Shown: in pieces, positions 12,942 to 13,352 of the stretch | Layout: every line of letters begins with the position of its first letter | Numbering within the stretch: position 1 is the first letter of the stretch | Source: a virus | Lineage: Duplodnaviria; Heunggongvirae; Uroviricota; Caudoviricetes | Direction: 5' to 3' (one strand) | Virus record (IMG/VR): IMGVR_UViG_2667527789_000010 | DNA: 13,352 nucleotides | Position numbers and translations under genes: made by a program | The notes under the pieces: model-generated | Databases searched by the model: none | Told to the model about the DNA's origin: nothing | What the model saw: only the letters and a program-made list of their open reading frames with translations

Positions 12942-13352
12942 ATGAGTAAAGTCTTTATTTGCGCCGCTATTCCTGACGAACTGGCAACAAGGGAAGAAGG
13001 CGCTGTGGCTGTAGCCACAGCCATTGAAGCTGGCGACGAACGCCGTGCTCGAGCAAAATTTCACTGGCAATTCCTGGAACATTATCCGGCTGCTCAGGAC
13101 TGAGCTTATAAATTTATTGTCTGCGAGGATAAACCTGGCATACCCCGCCCTGCCCTCGATTCATGGGATGCTGAATATATGCAGGAAAACCGCTGGGATG
13201 AGGAGTCTGCTTCTTTTGTCCCGAATGAGACTGAATCCGATCCGATGAACGTCACTTTTGACAAGCTGGCCCCTGAAGTACAGAACGCTGTCATGGTTAA
13301 GTTCGACACATGTGAAAACATCACCGTTGATATGGTTATTAGCGCACAGGAA
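12942..13352 (+). pseudogene. YdfE-like gene interrupted by an in-frame TGA at 13101-13103; continues off the window end
   Basis: ATG at 12942 gives MSKVFICAAIPDELATREEGAVAVATAIEAGDERRARAKFHWQFLEHYPAAQD, then TGA, then the same frame stays open to the window end (AYKFIVCEDKPGIPRPALDSWDAEYMQENRWDEESASFVPNETESDPMNVTFDKLAPEVQNAVMVKFDTCENITVDMVISAQE). Confidence 0.5.

Noticed and set aside
13024-13324. ORFs 13024-13248 (plus) and 13106-13324 (minus)
   Set aside because: Out-of-frame or antisense overlaps of the ydfE-like reading frame, which is protein-like to the window end.

Overview
This window reads as a segment of a Qin-like lambdoid prophage from Escherichia/Shigella, annotated by eye from the sequence and the ORF track; gene names are assigned by recall of E. 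coli K-12 Qin proteins, with no database search run. Running left to right: (1) an IS3-family element end (1-127) inserted into an Rz-like spanin gene; (2) a minus-strand late/lysis module: SAR endolysin rrrQ, ydfR, holin essQ; (3) cold-shock cargo between Q and the lysis genes: intact cspB, a degraded cspF-like gene and a small zinc-ribbon ORF; (4) Q-like antiterminator quuQ with a candidate late promoter and bidirectional terminator, preceded by ydfU, a Rem-like ORF and an 83-aa unknown; (5) a hok/mok type I toxin locus that appears to have its own promoter; (6) a single 595-aa plus-strand gene of low GC with a C-terminal HEPN-type R-x4-H motif, which is the best candidate for an undescribed defence/abortive-infection function; (7) a replication module: a 133-aa unknown, an O-like initiator with embedded origin iterons, and a 173-aa unknown; (8) the immunity switch dicC/dicA with two near-identical 18-bp palindromic operators; (9) the division-inhibition operon ydfA, ydfB-like, dicF sRNA, dicB, ydfD and a ydfE-like gene carrying an in-frame TGA. 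No tRNA, rRNA or CRISPR array was seen. Several genes look decayed (Rz, cspF, ydfE), consistent with a cryptic prophage.
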